This document shows, in pieces, positions 1 to 11,565 of a stretch of DNA of 64,000 nt. The position numbers and the translations under genes were made by a program. The stretch's first letter is position 1; the number at the start of each line of letters is the position of its first letter. Source of the DNA: Antedon mediterranea (Eukaryota > Animalia > Echinodermata); NCBI RefSeq assembly GCF_964355755.1, contig NC_092673.1:2666001-2730000 (forward strand). The letters run 5' to 3'. A model generated the notes under the pieces. The model was not told where the DNA came from and searched no databases. It worked only from the letters and a program-made list of their open reading frames with translations.

Positions 1-1419
1 TCATATAGTATACACAGTACAATCTGTATACATATCACAAACAGTGTAAAATAGGTGAAATTACGGGACCCGTATTTTATTGTAATTTTTAACATCTTGA
101 CGGTTTCAAAATGAAATGCAAAAGTAGAAATTTCAGAATGAAATTATCTCAGCAACAACATATTAACGTGTAGAAGAAATTTGAATACGTGAAATATTGA
201 TGCGCGCTCTTTTAAATGTAATGAAATATAATGCAAAAGATGAAAATACGACTTTTTTTATTTAACTGGCCATATGATGACGTCACAACATTCAATTGGC
301 ACAATTTACACATGATTTTGTATCTACAATACAATAGCTTCCTGAAAACGTTTTAATCGTGATTATCACATTTTATTCTTACGAGGTATAACAGATTAAA
401 ATTTACTGTAAAGATGAAATTAATGACCAACGTAATTAAAATTTTTAGGCATGATGACGTTAAAAAAATTTTAATTCATGCAAAAGATAGTTGATTGACC
501 TAGAATATATTAAAATCGGGGTGAAAATAGACAACGAATAAGTGGAGATGCGCTCTATTAAATGTGATGAGCTATGACGAAAGAGACAAAAATCCTATAT
601 TTTATATTCGCGTGGCCATACGATGACGTCACAATGTCCGGTTACCCATATTAATGCATGATCCGATATCTACAACTCATCAACTTCCAGAATATGTAAT
701 TAAAAAAAAGTTCTCCATGTAGTTTAGAATCTATGACTGTTTAAAAATAGGCATAATTTTGACAAATTTTTGAACTTTTTCACCAAAAACGCGTGCAAAT
801 TATGTAATTCGACGTGCTCGTATGACGTAATTTTAAGTCGAAATTGTTTAAAAGTTGGTAACATTACTAGAAAAGGCTGAAAAAACATAAATCACGCGAA
901 AAAAATATGTTTTTAACGCTACGTGTGCACCGCGTGCGTAAAAATTTTTGCGCGCGTGGGAATTTTTGACATGCTCAAAATGACATGAAACGCATAGAAA
1001 GTTGATTAGAAGTTGATTTTTCGCATCCTAAAATTTTAAACGCACGTACGCGCGTAACTTTTTGTGAAACATGCTATTTTTAATCCATAGAAAGTTTGCG
1101 CTTGATATGACTTAAATTTTCACAAAGTGTCAAAACAAAATTATGTTTGGTTTTTAGTCTATGATCAATCATTGAAATTCATAAAATCGCGCGTACGTCA
1201 CGTTGCACAACTCTGACGTCATTCAAAAATAGGAGGTGCACAAGTTCACGTAAATGTCGATGTGTTGACAAAGTTACGATATGTTCTGTTTACACGTTTT
1301 AGAGAAACGCGACGCACAAAAATGACAGAAAGAAAGAAGTATAATACAGAAAAAAAAAAAAAATTTGATGAAACAGGACGATTACAAGGAGTTATCCGCT
1401 ACTAAGCGGATAACTAATT
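1..1419. mobile_element. End of a Helentron/Helitron2-like non-autonomous repeat with internal diverged tandem units (extends beyond the window start)
   Basis: CpG-rich for this locus. Two diverged copies of a ~345-bp unit (gcgctct..aaatgt..tggccata.gatgacgtcacaa) sit at ~200-290 and ~550-635. It ends in an A/GA-rich tract and the terminal hairpin agttatccgct-acta-agcggataact (1390-1415). The family assignment is inferred from this architecture. Confidence 0.5.
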
Positions 1420-1897
1420 ATTCTTTTGTGCAATGCAATAACTATACATTATTTTCTAGAGCCTAATGAGTTTCTTTATTCCTATAAACTTATATTATAT
1501 AGATACCTACTGTATAGTTTTAATTAATATTAAGCCAATACTGCATATATATTTCATGATATTTTTAGAAAATAATTTGTTATTGTTGATAATCATTCCA
1601 AATGATAAAGAATTAAGAAACACATACCTTTGGTATAAATAATTATTTTATAATTTCAGCCTACTGTAATGATATGAACAACTGAGTATAAAAAGCAATT
1701 AAACTTGATCATAAAACAATGGCTACAAATAATCAATAGAAAACCCTTTAAAAAAAACCTTTCCCTTATTGCACATAAATATTTATTATAATTATTTTCT
1801 TCCAAAGTAAGAGATAAAATTTGGTTAACAGCCAATAACAAACTTTCATTTTGTTTTGAACATCTTATGCATAATTTAAATGGAATTTGTAGTGTTA

Positions 1898-2037
1898 AGC
1901 TCAGTCTACACTATTAAACCTTATGTGACAAAACATGTGATGTGCCCATATATGGACTTGGTACTGTATATCACTACCATATTTGGGCACATCACACTTT
2001 TTTTTTTTAAAACTAGCTGGATAGTCTAGACAAAGCT
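1898..2037. mobile_element. MITE family A copy (PIF/Harbinger, Tourist-like)
   Basis: Degenerate TIRs agctcagtctacacta...tagtctagacaaagct; core atatcactaccatatttgggcacatcac shared with about 22 other copies in the window. Confidence 0.75.
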
Positions 2038-2237
2038 TCATACAATTATACATATTGAGCAACTTTTCTACTCTGAGTAATCGCCCGCAAAAACCCCACA
2101 AAATCTAAATATTTAAAAACACCTATTACAAAATAATGACATCATCATCATGTGCTGACGAGATAATAAATCACCAGCAAACAATAACAAATTACAGTAT
2201 ATGGAAGACTGCATGTTGAGCAATTGTTGCTGGTAGT

Positions 2238-4821
2238 CTAAGTTCTTTCTGAAACGCTAATTAAAGCAGTCGTTTCCGTTGATGATGGCCTTGGTCTTGC
2301 ATTGCATATTGGACAAGTGTTACGCTGCTGTAGCCATTCTGATATACATCTATAAATTGTAAATACACAATTTTACAGATTTTATTTAATTCAAACATTT
2401 CACTTCATAATTATAGACATTTTAGTGTAAACAGATTCAACTCTACCAAAATCAGATAAGTAACCGAAGAAAAGATATTTAAAGGCCTAGTAGTAAATGA
2501 AAACTATTTGCTTGCTGGCTAGGTAGAATTAGTCAAATTAAGCCTATTTTACTAGAACTTTCATTTCTGGTATCTAGTTTTGAAAAGGGCATTTAGGAAA
2601 AAGGGGTGTTTGTGAGGTTCAAATGAACTGGCTACAGGGCTTGGACCATTTAGTAACATAAAAATATTTCTTTTTTGGAAGAGTTTCCAGAATTCATATC
2701 CAGTTTTAGAAGAGTAAAATATATCAAGCTTATTATCTAATTTGAAAATAACATTTTGAAATGAATCCACTTACGGTGAGTGAAATAAATGATGACAAGG
2801 GGTCTGTCCTAACTTCTCACCAGGTATAAAATCCTCTAAACACACAGGACAACTCTAAAAATGCATTAAAAAAAATAATAAACATGTACACAAACTATTA
2901 AAGATAACTAACTTGTCCCCCTAATTTTTTTTTTGTAGAATCTGCCAATTTAATGTCACATAATAGTTATTCACTTTGACCAAAATAAATCAAAAAACAA
3001 ATTATTTTTCTGAAAAAAATGTAATTTAAAGCAAAAAATACCTAGATTGTCTGTCAAGCAATGATTTCTTTTGTCTTTTTGTAAGTAAAATAATTATTTT
3101 TGTTTATTTTTTTTTTCTACAGAAGTGAATAATTAAAATTGCAAAATGGCCTAATCTTTAGTTTTCATGTTTTTTAAGTAGGACTGTGGATTTACAAAAT
3201 CCATGGTTTAATAATACAAATATATTGAAGATGAGGAAATTGAAGGTACAGTATGTTAAAGCCCCATTCCCTACGTTTTTTTTAGATCTAATTTAAGATC
3301 ACAAACTATATTTAATGTAAAAATAATACTATATGGTCCTATTGCGATAACTTTTTTCGTCTTTAAACGGTTAAAAATGTTAAAAATAAGTCGATTCTAA
3401 TAATAATAGCGGCCCGCTATAAATCCCAAAATGCATTGCGCGCGTATTGATATTTTTGTTTTTCACCTGTAATTCGCCCACTTTACGATCGATCGTGAGG
3501 CCAAAACAAATGGAAGACTCCTAACTTTTCAGCGAAAATACCGGGGTTTCCCCAATTTGTATCAACAGAGTCTGGCAAAAATAGAAAGACAGTTAATGCA
3601 GCAACTATACGTCAGGCTAGGTATATAGCTAGCGTATGATGTTCGTACGTTACCGATGTTTACCAGCTAGGCCTAAGACCGTCCACGAGAGGTCGATCGC
3701 TGCGAGCTACTTAGGTAGTGCATTGTTTCTCACTTTTTATCATAATTTACCATAAAACGTACATTTAAGACAAGGAATGACATGGTTTAATGTTTTTAAA
3801 GTGATATATATGTATTATTTTCCAAAAAAACGTCCAAAATTGCAGGGAAGGGGTCTTTAATATTATACTTACTTCATTGGCTGATTTTTTCTTTGAATAT
3901 GTAATCTATAAAATAATTTAAAAAATAACATTATTAAATAGCTCGTCTCCTAAAAGCCTCTAAATAAAGGAATTTTTTACAAAAACAAAGATTTCTAAAA
4001 CTCTTTTCTACTCTTCATTAAAAAAACAATTTTCTGAAAAACCAGATGTTTTTAGCAGCAGACCAATTCTAAACGCACCATCATTTTTTTTATGACAAAT
4101 GACTTGACTTGATAATCAAGGTTGTTGGTTTTTTTACTTGATTCCCAGAGAAAAGAAATCAGATTCCTGGGAATAGAGGCCAAGTATATTGCATATAGGC
4201 CTATCAATAAGGTTTATCGCAAATACCTTGATTTCGCGAGAAATTTCATTGCACAATGCATGATGGGAAGGGTTTGGGAGCAATAGCGCCACCCGTATAA
4301 TACAAACTTTATATACTGGTGGTGGCGCTATTGCTCCCAAAACCTTCTCATTATGCATCGCTCACGCAATTTGAATATGTTTTTAATGGTTGCAATTTTT
4401 AATAGACGGTCAGCCCAATGAAAATTCTATTTGACAAAAAGAGGACACCCTCTAAACTAATAATGTTGTGACAGGAGCACCAGTGTTTTAGCCTCTTACC
4501 ATTTTAAATCCACTTTCAACTGACGCTTCATATCGTAATCTGAAACAACCATAATATTTAATAAAGTATATAGTACTGTAAACAATGTTATAAGTAGAAT
4601 TAAAGAAATCAACATTCAACATTTTCGTTAAAACTTAAATAAGTTAAAATCTAAGGTAAAAAAGAATACAATTGTTAATCTAATAGTTAAAACAATGAGT
4701 ATTACTATTAATTATCATTTTACCTTAAAAGGTAACAGCAAAATATGATATTAAGGAATATGATGACAGCAGACAACAAGAGGATTGGTATGAGTTCAGA
4801 GAGTTGCAGCTCAACAGACAT
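2238..4821 (-). CDS. RNF24: Transmembrane RING-H2 E3 ubiquitin ligase, RNF24/RNF122-like (120 aa, 5 coding exons)
   Basis: Exons 4821-4724, 4539-4500, 3905-3873, 2854-2775 and 2349-2238; all introns GT-AG, total 363 nt. Protein: MSVELQLSELIPILLLSAVIIFLNIIFCCYLLRLRYEASVESGFKMITYSKKKSANESCPVCLEDFIPGEKLGQTPCHHLFHSPCISEWLQQRNTCPICNARPRPSSTETTALISVSERT*. The TM helix ending in FCCYLxRLR plus a C3H2C3 RING matches the RNF24/RNF122 pattern. An in-frame stop lies upstream of the ATG. Confidence 0.88.
2901..3185. mobile_element. Degenerate copy of the TTAA-flanked element at 62584-62879
   Basis: Shares ttaaagat..ttgtcccc, atgtcac.taatagt.at.cactttgaccaaaa, gtaatttaaagcaaaaaat and taatctt.agttttcatgttttt with the 62.6-kb copy. 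Confidence 0.55.
3260..3856. mobile_element. Non-autonomous DNA transposon with TTAA target site (Kolobok-like)
   Basis: ttaa|agccccattccct...agggaaggggtct|ttaa: short imperfect TIRs beginning AG, TTAA on both sides, CpG-richer interior. Lies in an intron of the RING gene. Confidence 0.65.
4256..4358. repeat. Foldback palindrome (~38-bp arms), probably the centre of a MITE
   Basis: atgcatgatgggaagggtttgggagcaatagcgccacc ... ggtggcgctattgctcccaaaaccttctcattatgcat. Confidence 0.75.
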
Positions 4822-5394
4822 AGCAGCAGCAGATAGCAGAATTCATGTTTGGACACTGTAGAGTTTAGAAGAGTAAACAAGTAAACTTGTTATTGATGGT
4901 GCGTGGCTTATGTCATGATGATCATGTGATAGTCTTTTGGTCAACAATTATTGGAACACTTGTTCGACGTCTCGCACCTCTACAATCATAATTATGTAAT
5001 CATCATTCTAAAGATTACATAATCTAGGCCTAGGCCTAGCCTAGATAGAGTAGAGAGGCAGCCCGGGTATGCCTATCTATGCCGCTGCTGCACACTGTGT
5101 GTGTCTGCCTAGATATGATTAATGTGTAGAGCCTAGCCAGTCAGGCCAGCCTATTATTTTAATGTGAATAATAAAGTACATTACCAATTAATTAGGGCTT
5201 TTAAACTTGATACCTTGCAAAACAAACCACGAAAAAGTCCTAGAGAGAGAGAAGACGTACGTACGACGTATATGGGAAATTGCAGCAGCCGTTTTTAATT
5301 TTATTAGTGTACCTTTTATAGAGGTCGCTCTCACCTTTTTACTTTGTTCTCTTTGTCATCCTCGGAGGAACTGTTCAACCCATACAAATAATTT

Positions 5395-6400
5395 ATAATA
5401 ATAATAATAAGCTTTATTTAATCACGGATACTTAACTCAACTAAAAGTTGTTTTTCAGTAAGACCGTGCTCAAAGGAAAACACCAACAATAATAAATGTA
5501 AAAAGCAGATATCAAATCAAATAATAAAACAATTACAGAAGCAAAAAACAAAAGCAGATAATAAAACAATTACAATGAAATAAAATGAAACAAGGATACA
5601 CTTACTAACTATAAAATTAAATAAGCAGTTAACAGTTTCTTAAAAAGAGAGACAGTTCACATTTTTAATATCTTCATGTAGCTCATTCCAAACCTTGGCA
5701 CCTCAATATGATAAGCTACGTTTTTTGTAGTTTGTTTTTGGTTTTGGTACTAAATTTGGCTTAGTTCTAATATTATAGTAATTGTTTTTGATATTGAACT
5801 TATTTAATAAATATGGAGGTGCAAGGTTGTTCATAATCTTAAACATAACAATAGCTTCATTTATATATAATCTTTCATCTAAGTTCATCCAATTTAGACT
5901 TTGTAGAGCTTGAGTACTATAGAGTCGGTTTGAGATTTGTTTGTAATAACTTTTGCTGCGCGATTTTGAAGAACTTGTAGTGTTTTACTTTGAGTTATAT
6001 TTGAACGTCCCCAAACAACATGGCAATACTCAAGATGAGGAGCCATAAGTGATTTGTATAGTTTGCATTGAATTTCTTTTGGAAATATATTATTAGTCTT
6101 TTTTAAGTAGTACAAGTTCTGCAAAGCCTTAGATTTTACATTATCGATTTGTGAGCACCAAGAAAGATTATTATCTAATATCACACCAAGGTGTTTACAT
6201 TTATTTACACGAGAGATTGGTTCTCCATCTATGTTAATGTTGACTTGTAAGTCAGATAGTTTACTTAACTTCTGTCTCGTTCCAATTAGGCCTAACATAA
6301 ATTCAGTTATTTTAACATTTAGGCTAAGTTTTTGCATATGAGCCATCTTTTAAGACACAATAAAGTCAGAATTTATTGTTTCAGTAAGGTTATTAATTTA
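5395..6400 (-). mobile_element. 5'-truncated CR1-group (L2/Crack-like) LINE: C-terminus of ORF2 plus 3' tail, degraded
   Basis: ORFs 5894-6346 and 5703-5888 carry end-of-RT and post-RT motifs (KHLGVILDNNLSW, LYKSLMAPHLEYCHVVWG, LQVLQNRAAKVIT, MFKIMNNLAPPYL, PKPKTNYKKRSLSY) and are broken by frameshift and stop. The 3' end reads aataaagcttattattatta on the minus strand. Confidence 0.85.
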
Positions 6401-7535
6401 CTGTACAATAATACATTAAATGAGACAAATTGTAAAATTAAATAGAATAAATTAATATTAATGTTTTTTAATCGTCCTAGCCTATCACAGGACGATTAAA
6501 AAATGACATAAAACGTATAAAGTGTTTGTTGTTGGAATGAATGCTGTACCTATCTGTAATAGGCCTAGCATTTATGATAGGCGAGTTTAAAATCACCCAT
6601 TACTTACTTACTTACTTGTTTGCATAGCTATCCCCATTATTGGGGACATTTCGCCGTCATTGACATTATGTTGACATAGCACAACAATGAGAGACGTTAG
6701 TTGCTATTTTAATATGGTGATTTTTCAAAACGCAACACTATTATGAATTGAATATTGAATAAGGAATCTGGCCTACAGTACATAATTAATCATGCATATT
6801 ATCAAAGCATTTTAGAGTTGTGGTTCTTTGTGTAGCCTATTCCTTTATAATGTGCCCACGAGTCTGTAATTATTTTATTATTGAACAATTTTTCAAAGGA
6901 TTAATACAGGAAGTGACACAAAACTTACTTTATCGTAGACGTATCTGGTGCTAATCTACTACAACTAACTTAAGTAAGAAATATTTTGTTATCATTTTGG
7001 CATTTTCTTCGACAACAACTAGCCTAATTTTCCTTTATCTCATTAATCTGTTAACGAATTCGGTTATTCCCTGTTTTCATTTATTCGGCCGATTCTCGGT
7101 ACTGTATCTATTTCATTCTTTCTTTATTTATTTACCAATATTTCCGAAGTATCATAGGAATATTTGGTAATACAACATCACATGTGTTTCACATGTATCT
7201 AGTAGGCATAGTAACCTATTTGTGCTAGTGTAGTATTCTTTTTATGTTATGTTATGTTATGTACAAACAAACCAAGCCTTAACCAACTTTATGACTGAGG
7301 CACCACATGTAATACAAATATGATATGCAGGCCTATTCCGATCCTATGATGCTTCGGAAAAGATAGTATGTGGACATAGCCTACAGCAGCACTGAGGATC
7401 TGGAGTTTTATTTCAATTTTCTATTATCAATGCTTGGTCGTCACTAAATCATAGCCTATGTCATGATCCACAAACGTGTATAATCATTACTTTTATTTTA
7501 TTTTAATATATAGATAATATTGACAATTTGGCAAG

Positions 7536-9605
7536 ATGGTGTTGTCTGTTTCATTAGCCTGTATTTTGCTGTACTACACATTGGTACAACAATGCTACGT
7601 CACATATGCAAACTGTATCATCAGAGATAATACGAGATGTGAGTGTGACTTAACCAAGAAGAACATCACAGAATTAAACTGCAAAGGAGTAACCACTCTG
7701 GTAGTTGTATACAACTACACTTCAGAATGGTCAAGAGGGATAGACTTGACAGAATTTGTAAACTTAACACTTTACAGTGAGGGAGCTTCAACATGGCCAA
7801 ATGGATTAAATCTTACGTTTACTAAGATTGTTAACGTGAACCTATCAGGAAACGCGTTCCAAACAATACCAAGCGTTTATCTACCACCAAACTTAAAAAC
7901 ATTAGACATTTCTAAGAACAAGATTATGGAGGTTTCAGAAAAAACATTTACGAAGTTTATACATCTACAAATACTTGATATCTCACATAATGATATATCT
8001 GAAATTAGCACTGATGCGTTTGTCGGGTTGTGCAAATTGGAGCAGCTGAACTTAGATGGAAATCGACTTACAGATTTTACCAAATTTGCTAAGGCACTCA
8101 AACAAACACCATCCTTAACGCGTTTAAGTTTAGCAAATAACATGTTAGAAACTGTGTTCATTCTGGATTTAAACCAACTTCAGTTCTTAAACCTACAAAA
8201 CAATAAAATAAGTAATATATTAGTTAAAAAGTGTACGTATGAAGTACAAAACCTTCAACAAATAGATTTCCGACATAATGATCTCAAAAAACTTCCGACA
8301 TCCATAGCAGCCGCTCTTAACGAGACAGAATTGCTACTCTCTGGCAATCCGCAGTTAAAATGTGATTGTGAGGTACTGTATCCTATAAAAACACGTGTTT
8401 GTAAAGATGTAAACGTGAATTTACCAGAACAATGTAAGAAGTCATCAATCGTCACAATAAAAGACACAATTTATTCTGATTCAAACATTTTGTCGTCAGG
8501 TAGTTCTCGTCAGGAAACTACGTCAGGTAATTGCAACGGTCATAAACAACAGCCTCACCTTCGTAACGAAGTGATGGACATTTGTTGGGATGTTCCTGAA
8601 GATGCTTGTGAAGAGATCAAAGACCTTGTCAGTATAACAGAAGAAGGTTTTCTCAACTTGTCCGAAGCCAATCATTTAGACATATCTGGTGATTACAGTT
8701 ACAAAGAGTTCCACACATGCCATGAAACGTATCTTTACACAATAACTGGAAAGGTTATCTACAATGGCACAGTCACACAAGAAGTACAAACATGTTCTCC
8801 GACGAAATCAAATCATTGTGAACAAGAAAATGTGACATCTGAATCGCCTGATTCAGTGCTGTTTGTTCTTTTGATATTTGTCCCTGTAGGCCTATGTGTT
8901 TTAGTGGTTGTGGCATATATACGGAGAAGAAAAAAAGAAAGACAAACCAAATCAAAGCAAAAAAATAGGCCTGCCATACAAGATATTCATATATGTTCCC
9001 AGTCATCTGCCCCACACACGCCTGTGAAACCACCTTCTGGGATCAGTTCAGTCGGTGTAAAGATCCAGTCCGCTAATTCGATTACTTTTGTTACGGAAAA
9101 TGGATTTTTGTTGGATAGAAAGAGTTCCACGTCGTCTCTTCATACCAAACTAAACACGCCGATTCCTAGAAACGGAATCGAAGCTGCGGAACTACACTAC
9201 AAGTTTACTGCTGTCGATGAAGACGGATATCTTTTGGTAACCGAATCAGTAACTGCGGACAGTCTCGTCAATGGATATTTCACATACATTTCAAATGAAT
9301 CTGAAAATGAAGTTATAGTCGACGAATATGGCTATGTATCTCTTTATTCAAAGATTCCAACAATTCAAGAAAGTAATTGCACTCTGTTTTTGAGAAAAGA
9401 CCAAGGAGAGCTAGGGCAATTGGTGTTAGATGAAAACCAATATGTTAGACTTATTGAACAAGACCATGTATACACTAAACTCAACACTACTTGGGGACTG
9501 CTTAAATTTTGGGAGAAGAAGGAGAAAAGTGGGCCTATGGCAAACTGTCTATTGAAAAAAGCGCTTAGTGCAAAGAAACAAAAAACTTCAGTAAATACAT
9601 GTTAA
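7536..9605 (+). CDS. Type I membrane leucine-rich-repeat receptor: signal peptide, LRRNT, ~8 LRRs, LRRCT, degenerate Ig-like segment, TM, tyrosine-motif tail (689 aa, single coding exon)
   Basis: Uninterrupted 2070-nt ORF with a hydrophobic N-terminus. LxxLxLxxN repeats (LKTLDISKN, LQILDISHN, LEQLNLDGN, LTRLSLANN, LQFLNLQNN), LRRCT LSGNPQLKCDC, then TM VLFVLLIFVPVGLCVLVVVAYI followed by RRRKK. A splice acceptor (tatag, 7513) lies just upstream of the ATG. Confidence 0.88.
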   Translation: MVLSVSLACILLYYTLVQQCYVTYANCIIRDNTRCECDLTKKNITELNCKGVTTLVVVYNYTSEWSRGIDLTEFVNLTLYSEGASTWPNGLNLTFTKIVNVNLSGNAFQTIPSVYLPPNLKTLDISKNKIMEVSEKTFTKFIHLQILDISHNDISEISTDAFVGLCKLEQLNLDGNRLTDFTKFAKALKQTPSLTRLSLANNMLETVFILDLNQLQFLNLQNNKISNILVKKCTYEVQNLQQIDFRHNDLKKLPTSIAAALNETELLLSGNPQLKCDCEVLYPIKTRVCKDVNVNLPEQCKKSSIVTIKDTIYSDSNILSSGSSRQETTSGNCNGHKQQPHLRNEVMDICWDVPEDACEEIKDLVSITEEGFLNLSEANHLDISGDYSYKEFHTCHETYLYTITGKVIYNGTVTQEVQTCSPTKSNHCEQENVTSESPDSVLFVLLIFVPVGLCVLVVVAYIRRRKKERQTKSKQKNRPAIQDIHICSQSSAPHTPVKPPSGISSVGVKIQSANSITFVTENGFLLDRKSSTSSLHTKLNTPIPRNGIEAAELHYKFTAVDEDGYLLVTESVTADSLVNGYFTYISNESENEVIVDEYGYVSLYSKIPTIQESNCTLFLRKDQGELGQLVLDENQYVRLIEQDHVYTKLNTTWGLLKFWEKKEKSGPMANCLLKKALSAKKQKTSVNTC

Positions 9606-11076
9606 GAAAACGTATAAAAATATATATATAGATACTGAAACAGATCAGTGCGTAGGCTAATAGATAAACAAAAAGAGATATAGATAACGCTATAAATAAG
9701 AAAATATATATTCAAGAATTTAAGAAATTGAGTGGATATTACGGTAGTACAACTTAATATAATATAAATGGACAACGGATATTAAAACATTGTACATTAT
9801 CTACTCATATTGTATAATTATTTAAAAAATTATACAGATTAACAAAATAAAATTGTACAAACTAACTTTTGCAAGATAATTAAGTGACATGATATACAAT
9901 ATTAGGCCTAATCAATATTATTATGGCCGTATCCTTTCCATTATGGTTTATTAATAAATGTTAATTAATACACTGAAACATTACAAATAAGGAAACATGT
10001 TTAAAAGTGTGCATTGCTTAAAACTATATTAAAATAATCAAATCTTGATTATACTGTTTGTTATGTTCATTGAATTGAAGGGGAAAAAAGATTCTTGTTC
10101 TATGTTAACGGTTATTACATCCTGATTTTACACTTTGTTGTTTATAGATATATAGGTCGATCTTAAATCGCCTGGTACATTTTAACCTGTTTAGTTTCAC
10201 TGAATTTTATAAAAGTGCAAAACGATTATTTCCATTTTTAAATTTACTAAACATTATTAAAGGGTATATCGAATGAAAATAAAAGTTATAACCACTGTAA
10301 CAAAGGACCATTTATATTGGTCTTGTTTTTTTGTAAAAATCTACTGTAATATTATACCTTATTGTGGTTACCATTATAACAATTGTACGATTGATTGAAT
10401 AAAGTTCGCATATAGTTATATGTCTTTTACGTTTGCGTTCATAATGTTGAAGAACTTAAATATAAAGCAGACACGGACTTTACCGCCAACAAAAGACTAC
10501 ATAGGCGGCGATTTCCTAGAAAAAAAAACTACAAGGAAATAAATTTTAAAAAGTGTGTCTTGCCTAAATTTATTATAAAATCCTGATTGTACTGTTTGTT
10601 TTGTTGTAAATCGATCTTAAATCATCTATGGTACATTTTAACCTGTTCGGTTTCATTGAATTTTTGTACAAGTGCAAACATTAGGCCTAATTGTTCTATT
10701 TTAAACATTATTACAGGGTAGAAGCATGGTACTGCTTGTCCCTTTGAGTTCAGTGTTTGAGTACTATACTCAAATTACATTATTATTTTCACGAGAAACC
10801 AGAAAGCTACGCCGTCGGCAAAAGGAGATTCGACCAAATATCACAATGCATTTTATCTGATTGATTGATATTGACTTTGTTCCATTTCATGCACGTATGA
10901 AAAATAAAGTTGAGTAACATTGTAAACAGCTGACTCAAAGCTACTCCACGGTAGGCCTATAGGCCTATTAAACATTTCCCTTGCAATTAAACTATGAAGT
11001 ACTTGACTGTACTTTCAATTTATAATTATTTTATTGAACAATACAAAACCAAAACAAAACAAAACAAAACAAAACA

Positions 11077-11480
11077 AAACTGAACACTACTTGGGGCTGC
11101 TTTAATGCTGGGAGAAGAAGGAGAAAAGTGGGCCTATGGTCAAAAAAGTGCTTAGTGCAAAAAAAAAAAAAACACGTCAGTAAATACAGGTTAAGAAAAC
11201 GTATAGAAAAAAAACCAGATCAGTGCATAGGCTAATAGATAAACAAAAAAAAAGAGATATAGATAACGCTATATATAAGAAAATATATATTCAAGAATTA
11301 AGAAATTGAGTGGATTTTACGGTAGTACAACTTCTGAATAGACTCAGTGAATATAAATGGACAACGGATATTAAAACATTGTACATTATACTACTCAGTG
11401 GGGCATTGTATAATTATTTTAAAAATTACAGATTAATAAAATTGTACAAACTAACTTTTACAAGATAATTAAGTGACATT
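11077..11480 (+). repeat. Diverged direct duplicate of the LRR gene's last ~40 codons and proximal 3' UTR (source ~9477-9890), frameshifted
   Basis: aacactacttgggg..gggagaagaaggagaaaagtgggcctatgg..cagtaaataca.gttaagaaaacgtata..cagatcagtgc.taggctaatagataaacaaaa is present at both places, with indels in this copy. Preceded by (AAAAC)n. Confidence 0.85.
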
Positions 11481-11565
11481 GTACTATGCCATATTCTTTC
11501 TATACGTGTACGTATAACGGTTAATTAATAAATGACAAATTACTAATAAGGAAATACATATTTTT

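Noticed and set aside
7877-9033. Antisense ORFs within the LRR gene (and similar shadows at 40721, 42746, 42774, 56499, 58554)
   Set aside because: They are shadow frames of real coding or LINE sequence with no independent features.
7536-9605. Toll-like receptor or Trk-like kinase call for the LRR gene
   Set aside because: The tail has no TIR boxes and no kinase motifs.
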